Shown here: in pieces, positions 11,450-28,318 of the stretch
How the letters are laid out: each line of letters begins with the position of its first letter
How positions within the stretch are numbered: position 1 is the stretch's first letter
Translations under genes and position numbers: made by a program
The notes under the pieces: generated by a model
Told to the model about the DNA's origin: nothing
What the model saw: only the letters and a program-made list of their open reading frames with translations
Database searches by the model: none
NCBI GenBank assembly: GCA_951406725.2
Contig: OX597818.1
Span: 57,412,001 to 57,476,000, forward strand
Source: Octopus vulgaris
Taxonomy: Eukaryota
Length of the DNA stretch: 64,000 nucleotides
Direction: 5' to 3'

Positions 11450-12317
11450 TATATATATGTGTGTGTGTGTATATATACATACATACATGTATCTATATCT
11501 ATCTATCTATATATATATATATACATACATGTATCTATATCTATCTATCTATCTATATATATATATATATATATATATACATACATGTATCTATATCTAT
11601 CTATCTATCTATATATATATATATATATACATACATGTATCTATATCTATCTATCTATCTATATATATATATATATACATACATGTATCTATATCTATCT
11701 ATCTATCTATCTATATATATATATATATATATACATACATGTATCTATATCTATCTATCTATCTATATATATATATATATACATACATGTATCTATCTAT
11801 CTATCTATCTATCTATATATATATATATACATACATGTATCTATATCTATCTATCTATCTATATATATATATATATATACATACATGTATCTATATCTAT
11901 CTATCTATCTATCTATATATATATATATACATACATGTATCTATATCTATCTATCTATCTATATATATATATATATACATACATGTATCTATATCTATCT
12001 ATCTATCTATATATATATATATATACATACATGTATCTATATCTATCTATCTATCTATATATATATATATATATATATACATACATGTATCTATATCTAT
12101 CTATCTATCTATATATATATATATATATATACATACATGTATCTATATCTATCTATCTATATATATATATATATATATACATGTATCTATATCTATCTAT
12201 ATATATATATATATACATACATGTATCTATATCTATATATATATATATATATATACATACATGTATCTATATCTATCTATATATATATATATATATACAT
12301 ACATGTATCTATATCTA

Positions 12318-12358
<41 letters not shown>

Positions 12359-12417
12359 CTATATCTATCTATATATATATATATATATATATACATACAT
12401 GTATCTATATCTATCTA

Positions 12418-12450
<33 letters not shown>
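11450..12450 (+). repeat. Compound minisatellite CATACATGTATCTATATCTATCTATC(TA)n, ~45-55-bp units, ~20 copies
   Basis: Unit recurs visibly; explains the 330-400 aa YI ORFs. Confidence 0.95.
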
Positions 12451-12452
<2 letters not shown>

Positions 12453-14645
12453 TAAGCGTCCAATGGGACAGCATAGCTGTATTTAAATTTAGATATGATT
12501 TGACAGTTATGAGTGGTATACAAAGAAAATAACGACAATAAATTATGGTGTATATTAAAAAGAAATTGTTGAAAAAAATTCCTTGAATGAGAAATACAAG
12601 TAGTTAGTATAATTTTATATAAGTTACTTGAAATTCAAATGACAAAAAAAATTAGGGTTGTGAGGGAGTAATCTTTAGGTGAATATAATGGGGGAAAAGA
12701 TTTATTATTAGTTAAAAATGATTACATTCGTTTGTGTGAAATAAGTCTAAGAGGAAGGACTAAAAAAATAAGAATATTTGTTAATGTTACAGAACCGAGA
12801 AAGAAAATACTTGCTGTGGTAAATTCATAAGAATTTCTATATTTTAATGTTAACTATTTTAGGTATTAAAAAATTACAATATGAATTGAAAATCAGGTGA
12901 TGGATACAAGAGGTAGAAAACCATTGTGATATTCATAAATAATTTTCTAACTTCTATAACGTAGTGGTGGAAGTGGATATAAAAGAATGTATATATATAT
13001 ATATATATATACATTGCTTAGCGGTATTTCGTCTGTGCTTACGTTTTGAGTACAAATTCCGCCGAGGTCGACTTTGCCTGTCATCCTTTCGGATGTCTGT
13101 CCTTGTTTGTCCCCTCTATGTTTAGCCCCTTGTGGGCAATAAAGAAAAATGAAATAAGATATAAAGTGTGTCTTAACAACTGCATCTCTTAATCTTTCAT
13201 TCTCAAACCAGCAAACACCTTGCTTCTTTGCCCATGCTAACTCCAAATGCTCATAGATTTTTAAGAGACAAAGACAAAACCAAAAATTTCAATAACTTTA
13301 TTCTGTAACTTTCTCTACCAGTTAGATGAGCTTTCAAAATACAGTTAGAACGAAATTTACTACTTATGAGACTAATGAACTGAACTGAAGATCTCTGTAT
13401 AATTTTACGAAGATTACTGTATCTTTTGAAATAAGCAGCTTATTCTTATGCAAATAGTCTAATTAGAAAGTAGATTACAAGTGTGTACTGCATTAATCCG
13501 TAACATTTATTCATATATGCATTACACCGTAATATTTAGTCATATATGCAATTAATGTAAAACTCATTTTGTTTTCGAGTACTTTAAAATAAATTTCCCG
13601 TCATACTTCTGATTTTTATATGAGATCAATATTTCACTAAAAACTGTTCATTATAAAAATTATGTTTTAGCTTCTAAATTTTTCAGATGATGCACTCTAT
13701 GACCTGAAATCTAAATTTAGCGAAAAATTGATTTCAGAGATCAAAACTACAATATTTTATTGAAGTGCAGTAATTGCTTCAGACTTGTTTACATCGCCTA
13801 ATTCACTGAAATGTGTTACAAAATCAAAACTTAGAGAATCTGGTTCCACCTTTTATTCAACTTTGACCGATTAATGAAGTAAGCATCGGTATATTGTGTA
13901 GCGTTGAAAAATCGAGGATGTCTTCTCCAGTTTCGTAAGATATCGGGTTCCATCTATGAAATCTTTTAAACAAAATAGATTAAATTTTCATCTCTGTATT
14001 TTCAATATAAAATATATGTCCAACAAGACTTCTCCTTTAGCAGGCATTTTAGGGGTCATGAGATCAAATCAGCTTAATATAACGCAATTCAGAGATCTGT
14101 GCTATCTTTTGAAATGTCATTCATCAAATTACAATATAAAAAATATGACAGCCATTTTCGGGGAAATTTATCAATTTTCCTTTTGCCGCATGAAAATCTT
14201 TTATATAGTTTTATAAAGCATTTTATTATGAAGTCAAAGTTTAGCCATTTTGATACAGATTTATTGGAAAATGTTGACACTGCGTATAACGAGACATGTC
14301 GTATTTGGAAATCAAATACATTGTGCTATTTACGGTGGACAACGGGAATCAAAGAAATAGTATACATATCCAATCTTAATGCGTTTCTGTAGATTCAAAT
14401 ATGAATATGCTTGTTACTGCGTTACTCTTGTTTTTCGTCGTTGGAGAACATTTTCTCCAATGACAATGTATGTTCATAAGACGCTTGATTCATTACTGTA
14501 AAAGGGGCTTTGAAACATTCGGCGTTTCGACCTGGTTGTGTATCCTCAGTCAAAGCTGTGTCGGACAAACGAATCTGATAAGAGCTGTTGGCTATTCTTT
14601 TTAAATTCAGTAAACGACGTATTTGCAGAGGGATGATGATATCTG

Positions 14646-15160
14646 CCAAGTGATAATATATCTATTTCTTTATTACCCACAAGGGGCTAAACACAGACGG
14701 GGCAAACAAGGAGAGACATAAGTATTAAGTCGATTACATCGACCCCAGTGCGTAACTGGTACTTAATTTATCGACCCCGAAAGGATGAAAAGCAAAGTCG
14801 ACCTCGGCGGAATTTGAACTCACAACGTAACGCAGACGAAATACCGCTAAGCATTTCGCCCGGCGTGCTAACGTTTCTGCCAGCTCGCCGCCTACCAAGT
14901 GATAATATATCTGTTTCTTTATTACCCACAAGGGGCTAAACACAGACGGGGCAAACAAGGAGAGACATAAGTATTAAGTCGATTACATCGACCCCAGTGC
15001 GTAACTGTTACTTAATTTATCGACCCCGAAAGGATGAAAAGCAAAGTCGACCTCGGCGGAATTTGAACTCACAACGTAACGCAGACGAAATACCGCTAAG
15101 CATTTCGCCCGGCGTGCTAACGTTTCTGCCAGCTCGCCGCCTACCAAGTGATAATATATC
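14646..15160 (-). mobile_element. SINE family A, near-exact 249-bp tandem duplicate that includes its TSD
   Basis: CCAAGTGATAATATATC occurs at 14646, 14895 and 15144. Confidence 0.9.
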
Positions 15161-16305
15161 GCCATGTGGACAAGAACCAGCAGGAATCAGAACGATAACA
15201 TACTTATTCAATTTAATATATTCCGCCAGATTCAATTGCGATTATCCTAAATGCCGTTGTCTTTCGTCATTGCAGAACATTTAAAATCACTTTTAAATAA
15301 AATGAGCGCCGAAGAGCATATGACAGTTTTAATTATGCACAATAATATTTTTGCATATGGACAAATTGTAGAAATGGAGAATAAATTTGACTATAAACTT
15401 GTAAGATAATTGCATAACTCAAATGAATATTTGTGACAGGAAGCTTCAAAATAGATGACATTAGTTACCTACAAATTATGTTAAAAACTGCCGTTCAAAC
15501 CGAAAAGATCCCCAAATAGCCCTCGGTTCTCATTAAGAAGACGTTATTAAAAAGCATGATCGAACTCTTGTTATATGTCTGCTCAATTAGGATTGACTTG
15601 AGATGGAAAATTATTTAAAAAAAACAAATCTTTCTCATAAATTATTGCTTGTTTAAACTATTCTCGCTAAAACAATCAATCTACTACAATAGATATATTA
15701 TAAAATCATTCAGTAAGTATTACACTTTAATGGCATTTCCAATTAAGCGGACATAAGCTACTTAGCGTTAATATCTACTGAATAAAATAGGTTCCAATAA
15801 AATGAACAATGTACATCATTAATGGACAGATTTTATAATGACTTTATAATACATTGATTGTTTAGAATAAAAGAAATGTTTAGTTTGTTTAAAAAGATTT
15901 CTAAATAACAATGTAGGTTCACATCATTTGAGTTCAAATCGAACAAGGTACCAATTAGTTTTATGGCAGAATTAATTCCTGTACAAAAATAGAAATGCCT
16001 TAGTAATCACATAATGATAAGACAATTGGCTCGACAGATTAATCAAATGGTGTATTAACGATATTAGCCAAGTGTCATAATTTATTGAAATCATAAGAAG
16101 TGATGGCGATTGACATTGAATTACTTGGAATTTTCCAAAATAACTTTGGACAAAGCCGAATTATATGATACGGTGAAGTTGCGTACGGAATAAAGTATGG
16201 AAGGGTATAATTATAATAATAATAATATTCATTATGTCCTCGATCACTCTAAGACAATAATCAAGGTTATCATATTTCCAAATATGTTAAATATTAAACA
16301 TACAG

Positions 16306-16735
16306 AGGTGGCGAGCTGGCAGAAACGTAAGCACGCCGGGAGACATGCGTAGCCGTATTTCGTCTGCCGTTACGTTCTGAGTTCAAATTTAGCCGAGGCC
16401 GACTTTGCCTTTCATCCTTTCGGGGTCGATAAATTAAGTACCAGTTACGCACTGGGGTCAGTATAATCGACTTAATCTGTTTGTCTGTCCTTGTTTGTCC
16501 CCTCTATGTTTAGCCCCTTGTGAGTAGTAAAGAAATAAGAAACGTTAGCACGCCGGGCAAAATGCTTGGCGGTCTTCCGTCTGTCTTTACGTTCTAAGTT
16601 CAAATTCCGCCGAGGTCGATTTTGCCATTCATCCTTTCGGGGTCGATAAATTAAGTACCAGTTGCGCACAGTGGTCGATCTAATCGACTGGTTCCTGCCC
16701 CAAAATTTCGGGCCTTGTGCCTAGACTAGAAAGGA
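16306..16735 (+). mobile_element. SINE family A dimer
   Basis: Two bodies; AATATTAAACAT TSD-like flanks. Confidence 0.85.
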
Positions 16736-17369
16736 ATATTAAACATGCTAGTACGATTGAACACTTTTACGACACTAACAGTAAGATTTAGGGGGAAATA
16801 TTTTTTACTAAACATCATTACAGAACGTGCAATAAAGTTGATATAGTAAATTTCATTATCATTAAATTAACCGTACGATAGAAATAAATGCTGATCACGG
16901 TACAATTCATTGGTGCTCTGGAAAGAAATGATTAAATATATATTTCCAAATCTAATAGAATCAACACGTAAGTCTTGGATCACTGAACACATACCATTTG
17001 CTGTAAAGGGCATACTAAACTGGTTCCCTGTTACTTGCAACTATGAGTGTTCCAGTCGGTCTGATGAACGCGACAGCCTGCTCGTGAAATTAACGTATTG
17101 TTAATGAAGTTCTTGGGAAGAACCTGGTACAATGCGAAAAGCCTTTTCCTTCGAATTACAGGTACAGCACATTTTTGCCAGGTGAGTGCACTGGAGTAAA
17201 GGGAAATAAAGTGTTTTGCTGAAGGACACAACGCGTCGCCGGGAATTGAACTCACGACCTTACAATTGTAATACAAATACCCTTAACGACATGATGTACA
17301 CTAGTGAAAAAGCACATAACAGAAGTACCAAAATAGTTCCGCACTCGGAAAATAGCAAAATCGTAGAAT

Positions 17370-18450
17370 AATCCTTTCTACTGGAGGTACAAGGCCTCAA
17401 GCTTGTGGAGAGAAGACTAGTCAATTACATCGACCCCAGTGCCTAACTGGTACGAATTTAATCGACCCCGAAAGGATGAAATGCAAAGCCGACCACAGTG
17501 GAATTTCAACTCAGACGAAATATCCTTAAGAATTTCGTCCGGTGTGCTAATGATTCTGCAAGCTCACCGCCTTAACAAAATGGTAGAATAATCGTTTATA
17601 CTCTAGGCACAAGACCCGAAATTTTGTGGAAGTGGAGCCAGTCGATTAGATCGACTCCACTACGCAACTTGTATTTAATTTATCGACCCCGAAAAGATGA
17701 AAGGCAAAGTCGACATCGGCGGAATTTGAATTCAGAACGTAAAGACAGGCGAAATACCGCTAAGCATACCGCTAAACGTGCTAACGTTTCTGCCAGCTCA
17801 CGACCTTTACAAAATGGTAGAATAATGGCCACAAGGAAGTGTTATGGATGAGAGAGTAATTAATATATGAACACCAACTAGTAGGAGATGGAATAAAAGA
17901 ATTAATATCTCTAAAAGAAATACTTAAAAACTCGTTTCATTATAAACATATAAGGTCAACTTTCATTCTTTCAGGGTCGAATGAGTACTGGATGCATCCT
18001 GGGGGTTCGTAGTAGACTACAAATCGCCCCACAAATTTCAGGTCTTGTGCGTAGAGTAGAAAGGATTATCAAGTTGATGAAGGCTAAAAACTGGCGGAAG
18101 CGTTAGCACATTGCTCATAATACTTATCGGTATTTCGTCCGTCTTCACGTTCTGAGTTCTAATTCTTCCCAGGTCAATCTTGTCTTTTATCTTCTCGGGA
18201 TCCATGAAATATGTAGCAGTTGAGCGCTGGGGTTTTTGGAATCGACTAGGACCTTCCTCCAAAATTTCAGGCCTTTTGTCTATAATAAACAGGATTATTA
18301 ATTTGACGTGAGACGGTGAACTGGCAGACTCGATCACACCCAGACAAAATGTTTAGCGGCATTTTCACGGCTTCACATTCCTAGTAAAAATGCCGCCAAG
18401 GTCGACATTGCCTTCCGTCAATTTTATGACGTCGGTAAAATAAAACAATT
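17370..18450. mobile_element. Cluster of old SINE family A copies on both strands
   Basis: Degenerate ATCGACCCCGAAAGGATGAAA and CGTTCTGAGTTC motifs. Confidence 0.65.
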
Positions 18451-18872
18451 GTCTTGTACTGGAGTTGATGTAACGAAGTTACTCTTTCTCGCTGAAATTG
18501 CTGACGTTTCACTAAACTTTGAAACCATTAACTTAATGTAAGATTTCAGAGTTGTATTTTCCAATTTTGGAACAAGTCTACTAATTTTTAGAGGAGGCAG
18601 GATTAGTCGATAACAGTGTGGCCTCAATAGTAATGGTGATTTATTGACCCGAAAAGATGAAAGGTTAATTTTGATCACGGTGCGATCTTGAAATCAGAAC
18701 GTAATGATTAAAAAAAAAATGCCAGTAAACATTTTTTGTCCGATGTGTTTACCATTTTGCCGACTTACCACCTTAGCAAATATTGGTTTCAAATTTTGGC
18801 ACGCGGCCAGAATCTTCGGGGAAGGCGTATTTCACCTCAACTCCAGCACTCAAAAGGGACGTACTTTAATAA

Positions 18873-20020
18873 TGGAAAAATGCAAGCAAGAGCAAATATG
18901 ATATTCTTAAGATTATAAACCTGGAAAAATACAGGACAATTTATTACACTTGGAAAAGTTCAGGACAAGTTATTACATCTAGTAAAGTACGGAACATGAA
19001 ACTTTTAACTTTAAATATTGCAGCTAAGGATGATATTTCAAATAAAATATATAGATTGAGAAAATATGAACTTTTATTGAAGCAAAAATTTTTATTGCAA
19101 ATAATTACTATTTTTTATTACTTGTTACTTCAATTAAAAATTAAAAATAACTCGAAATATTTTTTGCACTTTAAAAAAAAATTCATTCTTAAAAATTATT
19201 AATTAGAAATTTGAAAATAGGTTATAAAAATAACAGTAAATATTTAGTTCAATAAATAGAATAATGCAAAAATTAGTTATATATTACAGTAAAATCTAAT
19301 TATAACAATAAATTCACAGTACAATTTGCTTGAGTTATTGCCACGTCTTCACATTTTTAGTCTTAACCCAATGCCTATCATATATGCTATTCTGTGGAGA
19401 CACATGGCCCTAGTGGTTAGCGCAGCGGACTCGCGGTCGAGGGATCGCGGCTTCGAATCTCAGACCGGGCGATGTGTGTATTTATGAGCGAAACACCTAA
19501 ACCCCAACGCGGCTCAGGCAGAAGGTGATGGCGAACTTCTGCTGACTCTTTCGCCACAACTTTCTCTCATTCTTTCATCCTGCATCTTACAGCTCACTTG
19601 CGACAGACCGGAGTCCCGTCCAGTGAGGAACCTATATGCCAAAGAAACCGGGAAACCGGCCCTATGACCCAGGAGTGCCTCGTGAAGGAACAAAAAAATA
19701 TGCTATTCTATTTTGCATAAAACTTTAGCTACATTGGTACTATTGACTATCAATTTTTTTAAAGTATTCTAGTGTGTTAACATTTTAACAAAATGATGGT
19801 ACCTTTTTAATTATTATATTACTTTGTAAATTAAAATAGAACTATTTTTGATATTCAAATTTTATGCTTAGCTGCAATATTTTAAGTAAAAATATTCTTG
19901 TTCTATACTTTACCAGATGTAATGACTTGTCCTGAAGTTTTCCAAGTGCAATAACTTGTCTTGTAATTTTCCAGGTCTATAATCTTAAGAATATTATTTC
20001 TCTTGCTCGCATTTTTTCAT
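18873..20020. mobile_element. MITE-like element with ~160-bp inverted arms; SINE inserted in the middle
   Basis: ~18873-19035 is the reverse complement of ~19865-20020. Confidence 0.6.
19394..19695 (+). mobile_element. tRNA(Arg)-like SINE
   Basis: Head GTGGAGACACATGGCCCTAGTGGTTAGCGCAGCGGACTCGCGG; TSD ATATGCTATTCT. Confidence 0.8.
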
Positions 20021-20200
20021 GTAATCCATGTTTTTTCCAGGGTATGATGTTATGCTAATTAATAATGTGTCAATAAATAATTTAAGATTTTACGTTATTG
20101 AAAATTGAATAATAAATTTAATAAATTTCTAAATAATATTTTAATTTATTTCACTTTTGTGATTGAATTATTATTATTATTGAATCAAAATAAAATGCTT

Positions 20201-20996
20201 GGATCTTTACATTTTCAAGGGCAACTCGATTAATTCATTTTTTTCGGATACTGGTAGAATGTGTCGTATATATCATATTTTACTCTTAGCGATGTTGAGA
20301 AAAGTTTATATTTCCAAAGTTATTTCTTGTTAAAGTTGACGTATTTCGGTAATTTCAACCAATTTCAATGACGTGCATTCAGCTGAATAAAATTATTTCC
20401 CTTGTTTGTCAACAACAACCTCCGGCGGTGTATATTTCGTTTGTCACTGTTCTTTATGACATATTTCCGCTCAGTTACGTTTGTATGAGTAAACGAGTGT
20501 TTCTGAAGTATGTTTACTTCATGGTGTCATCACAATCGTTCGTGCATTTCTACTGCATTTAGGTTTCTTTCTCTGTTTTCCTGAAATTTTCCCCCCTTAC
20601 CTCTCCAATATTTTTTTACTTTTTTCCGTAACCTTAATCCTAAAACCCCAACCCTAACCTTAACCCTAAGTAGAAAATTGTATATTTTTTAAAAGCTAAA
20701 ACCAGTACAAACGCACGAACGATGTCATAAATAACAGTGACAAGCGAAAAATACACCGCCGAGATTTGTTGACAAACAACAGTAGTAATTTTATTCAGCT
20801 GAATACACGTCATTGACTGGTTGAAATTACCGAAATACGACAACTTTAGCACGAAATAACTTCGTAAATAGAATCTTCTCTCAATAACGCTACGAGTAAA
20901 AGACGATGTTCCATACGACAAATTCTAACAATATACGAAGTTTCAAAGTGTTTAGTTAAAGAAAATTAAACAATAGAGCTGCCCATGAAAAGATTC
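20201..20996. mobile_element. Palindromic GGATC-terminal MITE with internal TAACCC-like repeats
   Basis: Same family as 41891-42730; long inverted arms. Confidence 0.8.
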
Positions 20997-22718
20997 AAAA
21001 GTTTTAATCTAAAAAAATAATACGATTAGTTTTTGAATAGCACTTTATTAACATTAATTCATTATAAAATTAAGAAATAGAAATAAAATTCCTTGAATTG
21101 AGCTCTATTATTTAAGCACAATTAGAATATAGTTTGTTTTAAAAATAAAATACTGTTAATTTTACTCAAATCCAATTATATATTTTTTCATGATATTTTA
21201 CCTCACAAGTGTGTTTTTAAAATAAAAAAAATGTTAATTATACTTAAATCCAATTTTATATTTTTTCACGATACCTCACAACTTTTTTGATACAAATTAG
21301 TGGTATCGTTGATAATTATTTCTTTACCTCAATGATGCCAGTGACATATCTTAAAAGTACCATTAAATTTGAGAAACACTCCTAACTTTTCTTTTAAAAT
21401 TTTCTTTTAAAATTTCATTACATTACATTGATAGTATGAAATTCCTCGAATTGAGCTCTATCATTTAAGCTTATTCAAAATATAGTTTGTTTTTTAAATA
21501 AAGTTTATTATACTTAAATCCAATTTTTTGCCTTATATATTTATTCATGATATTTTATTTCCCAACTTTTTATACTAATTTTTCTTGCATGGGATCAAAA
21601 CTATGAAATTCCTCGTGCTTTCTTCTATCGTTGAGGCCAATATGAATATATTTTGCTTTTAAGATAAAAAAAGTTATTTACATCAAAAATTAAGTGGAGA
21701 CGTTACTTAATCACATATAACGTTGCTATAAATTTTGGTGTAAACTTTTGCCAAGTGGACCAAATCTCAATTTATCTATGTAGTCAGGGACCAGCCCTCT
21801 ACAACAATGTTAACAAACTTCAATTTGGTTAAGAACTGAATAGCAACAAAGCCCTGAAAGATGCTGCGTGTACGTAAGTTGCGGCCTCAAGAATATTCAA
21901 CTACGGTAGTTGTTGAATGATAGATCACGAACGGAAGAAAGGTAAAGTTCACATCGGCAGAATATGATCTCAGAAAATAATGACAGACGAAATGCCGTTG
22001 AGTATTTTGTCCGGCGTGCTAAGGATTCTGTCGGTTTCCCGCCTTAGCAAATCTAAATTGTGAAATATTAGGATATTTGTTTCCTTTTGCAGACAAAATA
22101 TTGATTTAAACTTTTTGCACAAGACCAGCAATTTTGTGGAGAGTTTAAGTCGATTAATGCAACTCCAGCTTATAACGATTACTTATTTTATCGACCCAAA
22201 GTGATGAATGGCAAAATTGATATAGGCGAAATTTGAACTCAAAACGTAAAGACACATGGACTATCGCTAAATGTTTTGTTCCTCTTAACGTTCACCCAAC
22301 ATGCTTGGCACCCGGTGTTGGTGTATTTATGGACCTGTAACTGAGCTGTTCAGCAATAGTGCTCGATAAAATAAGTACCAGGTTTAAAAACTAAACAGTA
22401 CAATGGCCAATTCATTCGACTAAAATTTTTTCAAGGCAGTGCTCCAGCAGGGCGGCCACCTAATGCGTGAAACATGAAAAATAAAAGACAAAACGGTGAA
22501 TAAAATAAAAATAAATTTGATATTTAAGAGAATAGACACTTCAGAATTACTTGTAATTTTGCTCGAAACGTTGTGAAATGTGTACTAAATAGAAAAACTG
22601 TGCATGTTGTCCAATTTATGTAAAGTTAACATGGGTTTTTTAAACTATTATACATAAATATATGTGCAGGTGGTATATTAGCTAGTTGATTGTGTGTGAT
22701 TATGTTAACTTGTGTTTT

Positions 22719-22755
<37 letters not shown>

Positions 22756-23016
22756 ATATATAGATGTATACAGTTTATAGATGAGAGACAGTTATTCTCG
22801 TTATATAATACACTTCGAAGTGCCCAAGAGATTTATGTATATACACACGCGTATATACATACTTAACTACTTATCCACAATGTACATATACAGATACATA
22901 TGCAAACAAAGATCTCTCTCTCTCTCTCTCAATATATATATACACATACTTTTGACTTTTTGTTCTTTCATTTATATATATATATATATTTACCTGTGTA
23001 TATATATATATATATT

Positions 23017-23055
<39 letters not shown>

Positions 23056-23798
23056 GTTATATATGTTGATATATATATATATATGCATATACAGTTATAT
23101 ATATATATATATTTACATGTATGTATATATATGTTATATATGTTGATATACATAGATGCATATACAGTTATATATATATATAAAGGAATTGAAAAGAAAA
23201 TACAAAAGTATATGTATGTATATTTATATATACATACATACTTACGTTATAGATACACGATACATACACGTTATAGATTCTATGTACACGCATACAAAGA
23301 AAGATACAAACATGTCCTCCAAAAATACCATATGTAATCAAAATTATACACGCATCAAAATTATAAATTTTAGCAATGTTAACTCCTCATAAATTTGACA
23401 ATGTCTGTTATGCTAAATTATCTATTTACTGCAAATTTAATCGTGTTGCAGCAAATTTGCATATGATTACGAATAATTATTTTCCCCGTTCCGCATTTAT
23501 CGGTTGCTTAATTTCTAATTTCCTTTATACATACACCCGGCAACACACATACAACCTTAGAGGCATAGTGTAATATATTATATGCATAGATAAATACAGA
23601 CACACATACATATATAATCTATCTATCTATCTATCTACCTACCCCTCTATCTCCCTCTATAAGTAGAAAGTTCGCTATAGACATGTATAAGATAAAATCT
23701 TATGTAAAATGTCGTTAACAATTAGAAAATGAAGAGATGTTATAAGTTCAGAGTAGAATTTAATTTCCACATACGACTTATTCTTTCTCACACACGCA

Positions 23799-23844
<46 letters not shown>

Positions 23845-24204
23845 CAAAAACATAATAAAGGGCATTAAAACTTTCGGTGCTTCAGCGTGGCCACAATCAA
23901 ATGACTGAAACGAATAAAAGGAGTATATACAAACATATACAAATAAATATATATACGCACACATAAAATGCCCATACATACATGCGTACACACAAACACA
24001 CAGACAGACACACACACATGCAGAAATAAATCGGGGTATGTACACGTACGTGTATACTACATGAATACCCAAGTACATAGACAAGCACCAAAATAAGGAT
24101 TCCGTTGTGTATTAGTAGATACCTCTGTTCTAATATTTCTTATTTCTTTACTGACGCCAAAGACCCAAAGAGGAAGAATGGCAAAATTCCACATCGGAGG
24201 GATT

Positions 24205-24604
24205 TAATAATAATAATAATAAAAACATTGTGTACAGGTGCACTACAACTCATCTAAAGTGTATGTATAATCAGGTGTAGTTTCGGCGGATTTCGGAAAG
24301 CATGAGTGCCTTAAAGGATGCAGTGTCATGGCAGTCAACAACTGACGCAGGCAGTTTATTCCATGCTTCAGCAACTCTGAGCGTGAAAAAATGTTTCCGA
24401 AAGTCATGGGAGCTGTGTTATTTTCTGACTTTGTCGGCATGTCCACGTGTGTTGGACACATGGAGATCAAAAAGGTGTTCAGTGTTGTTGTTGGTGAGGT
24501 GGTTGATAACTTTGTGGGTGTTTACAAAATCCATCGACAGACGCTGGAGCTTCAGTGAATCCATGCCCAGGGAAACAAGGCAGAGTATGGTAGGTGTCTG
24601 ATGA
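24205..24604 (-). mobile_element. 3' end of a CR1-like LINE (RT C-terminus + 3' UTR + (ATT)n tail)
   Basis: Minus-strand translation ...SNTRGHADKVRK*HSSHDFRKHFFTLRVAEAWNKLPASVV..SFK shows the CR1-type TRGH...FF..RV...WN.LP signature. Confidence 0.85.
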
Positions 24605-25244
24605 AGATTTAGAAAAAATAGAAAGCATTTGTTCTATTTTTCTGCGACATTGCTAGTTCGCCGCCTACGGTTTTAGTTTTCTGTAGAATGGTAACAATTT
24701 GTGATACGTTTCAAAGCAGAACGTGAAAGACTTCAATAGGAAAGGCATAGCAGCTGGTTAATTAGTATTGTTTTTACTTCTCTGATGTTTTTTTAAAATT
24801 TTATTTTCTTTAATTGCCACCAACCTACCTTTGGATAATTGACCATTCCTCTAAATCAGCACACTCTCCTCTTCATGTCGCTTTTGCTTTTTACTTCTGT
24901 TCATCTTAATTGTCATCTAACTATAATCGTTTATCATTTATTCATTTGTCTATCTCGACATTTAAATGTAATCGCTGTTCCTTTCGTCACTGGTTCCAAG
25001 CTTATCCATATACTCATTCGTTACTCAATTGAAATATTTTCCCCATTTAATTCTTCCACCATTCTAACACCCACCTTCCATCACACCCTTTATTTCTCCT
25101 CCTCCTTCTTCCTCCTCCCCTTCTACTTTTTCGTTTTCTTTATCTCTTTCTGTCGTGCTTTCTTTCTTTCTTCTTTCCTTTCTATTCTCCTTTACTTTTT
25201 CTTCTTCATCACATCTTCATATCCTACGATAGGGACCGGATATA

Positions 25245-25652
25245 ATTTATTGCCCACCAGGGGCTAAACATACAGGGGACCAACAAGGAAGGACAAACGG
25301 ATTAAGTCGATTACACCGACCCCAGTGCGTAACTGGTACTTATTTAATCTACCCCGAAATGATGAAAGGCAAAGTCGACCGCTGCGGAATTTGAAATCAG
25401 AACGTAGCGGCAGACGAAACACCTATTTCTTTACTACCTACAAGGGGCTAAACATAGAGTGGACAAACAAGGACAAAGGGATTAAGTCGATTACATCGAC
25501 CCCAGTGTGTAACTGGTACTTATTTAATCGACCCCGAAAGGATGAAAGGCAAAGTCGACCTCGGTGGAATTTGAACTCAGAACGTAGCGGCAGGCGATAT
25601 GCCGCTAAGTATTTCGCCCGGCGTGCTAACAATTCTGCCAGCTCGCTGCCTT
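25245..25652 (-). mobile_element. SINE family A dimer
   Basis: Matches consensus. Confidence 0.85.
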
Positions 25653-25884
25653 ATCAATGTGTATATTACACTATTTCATTTAGCTGAAACTTGTCTGAAA
25701 ACCAAGTGCAGATACAGGCAAAATTCAGAGTAAGCAGAGACTTAATCCACGAAAATATAACATTATTAATCTCTACAATGATATCGAGTAGACTTTTCTC
25801 TTGAGAGTCAATACTGAACGGTTATATTCGTGTATATACATAGACATCTATCTATCCATCCATTCATCTGACCGTCTATCTATC

Positions 25885-27528
<1,644 letters not shown>

Positions 27529-27887
27529 AATTCAAAATACAAAGAAACAAGAAAAACAAGAAAGGTCATTTAGACGGGAACTGTCTAAATCGGGGTTGGG
27601 GATGGATTTTTAGTGTGGTGGTCAAAAATTTCCAAAGAGAAAGATCCGAGGGCTGGTCACAATTTCTACATCTTATATCTGTGTAAATCTTGTGTGTATC
27701 TATGTATAATTTGATGTACATTAATGAAGATGAGTTTAAGATATTAAATTAACGTGTAACGTCTTCATTAGTACTGCCACTTAATTAAGGACGTTTATAT
27801 TTCTTACGAGGTATTCTATATTTTTCTGCTAGAGGGTAGCTGGGTTTCAAAGGGGTGGTACAAGCATAGCAATATGTGTTTTATAGT

Positions 27888-28120
27888 AGGGCGGTGAGCT
27901 GGCAGAAACGTTTGCACACCGGGCGAAATGCTTTACAGTAATTCGTCTGCCGTTACGTTCTGAGTTCAAATTCCGCCGAGGTCGACTTCGCCTTGCATCC
28001 TTTCGGGGTTGATTAATTAAGTACCAGTTACGTACTTGGGTAGATGTAATAGACTTGATCCCTTTGTCTGTCCTTGTTTGTCCCCTCTATGTTTAGTCCC
28101 CTGTGTACAAGAAATAAATA
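27888..28120 (+). mobile_element. SINE family A
   Basis: 17-bp TSD AATATGTGTTTTATAGT at 27871 and 28121. Confidence 0.9.
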
Positions 28121-28318
28121 AATATGTGTTTTATAGTGATAACAAAATTTCCATTCAAATGGCAATTACCGGACGGTTTTCTGTTCGAGTCTAACCGTTT
28201 TAAGTCGTAGTGGAATCGGGACCTATGTCGAAAATAGGCATACGAATATTGTATACATTTTATAATTGAAAAATTTATTATAAAATTTATTTATTATAAT
28301 TGAAAAATTTATTATAGT

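Noticed and set aside
11293-12532. 330-400 aa YI-rich ORFs
   Set aside because: Translations of a minisatellite.
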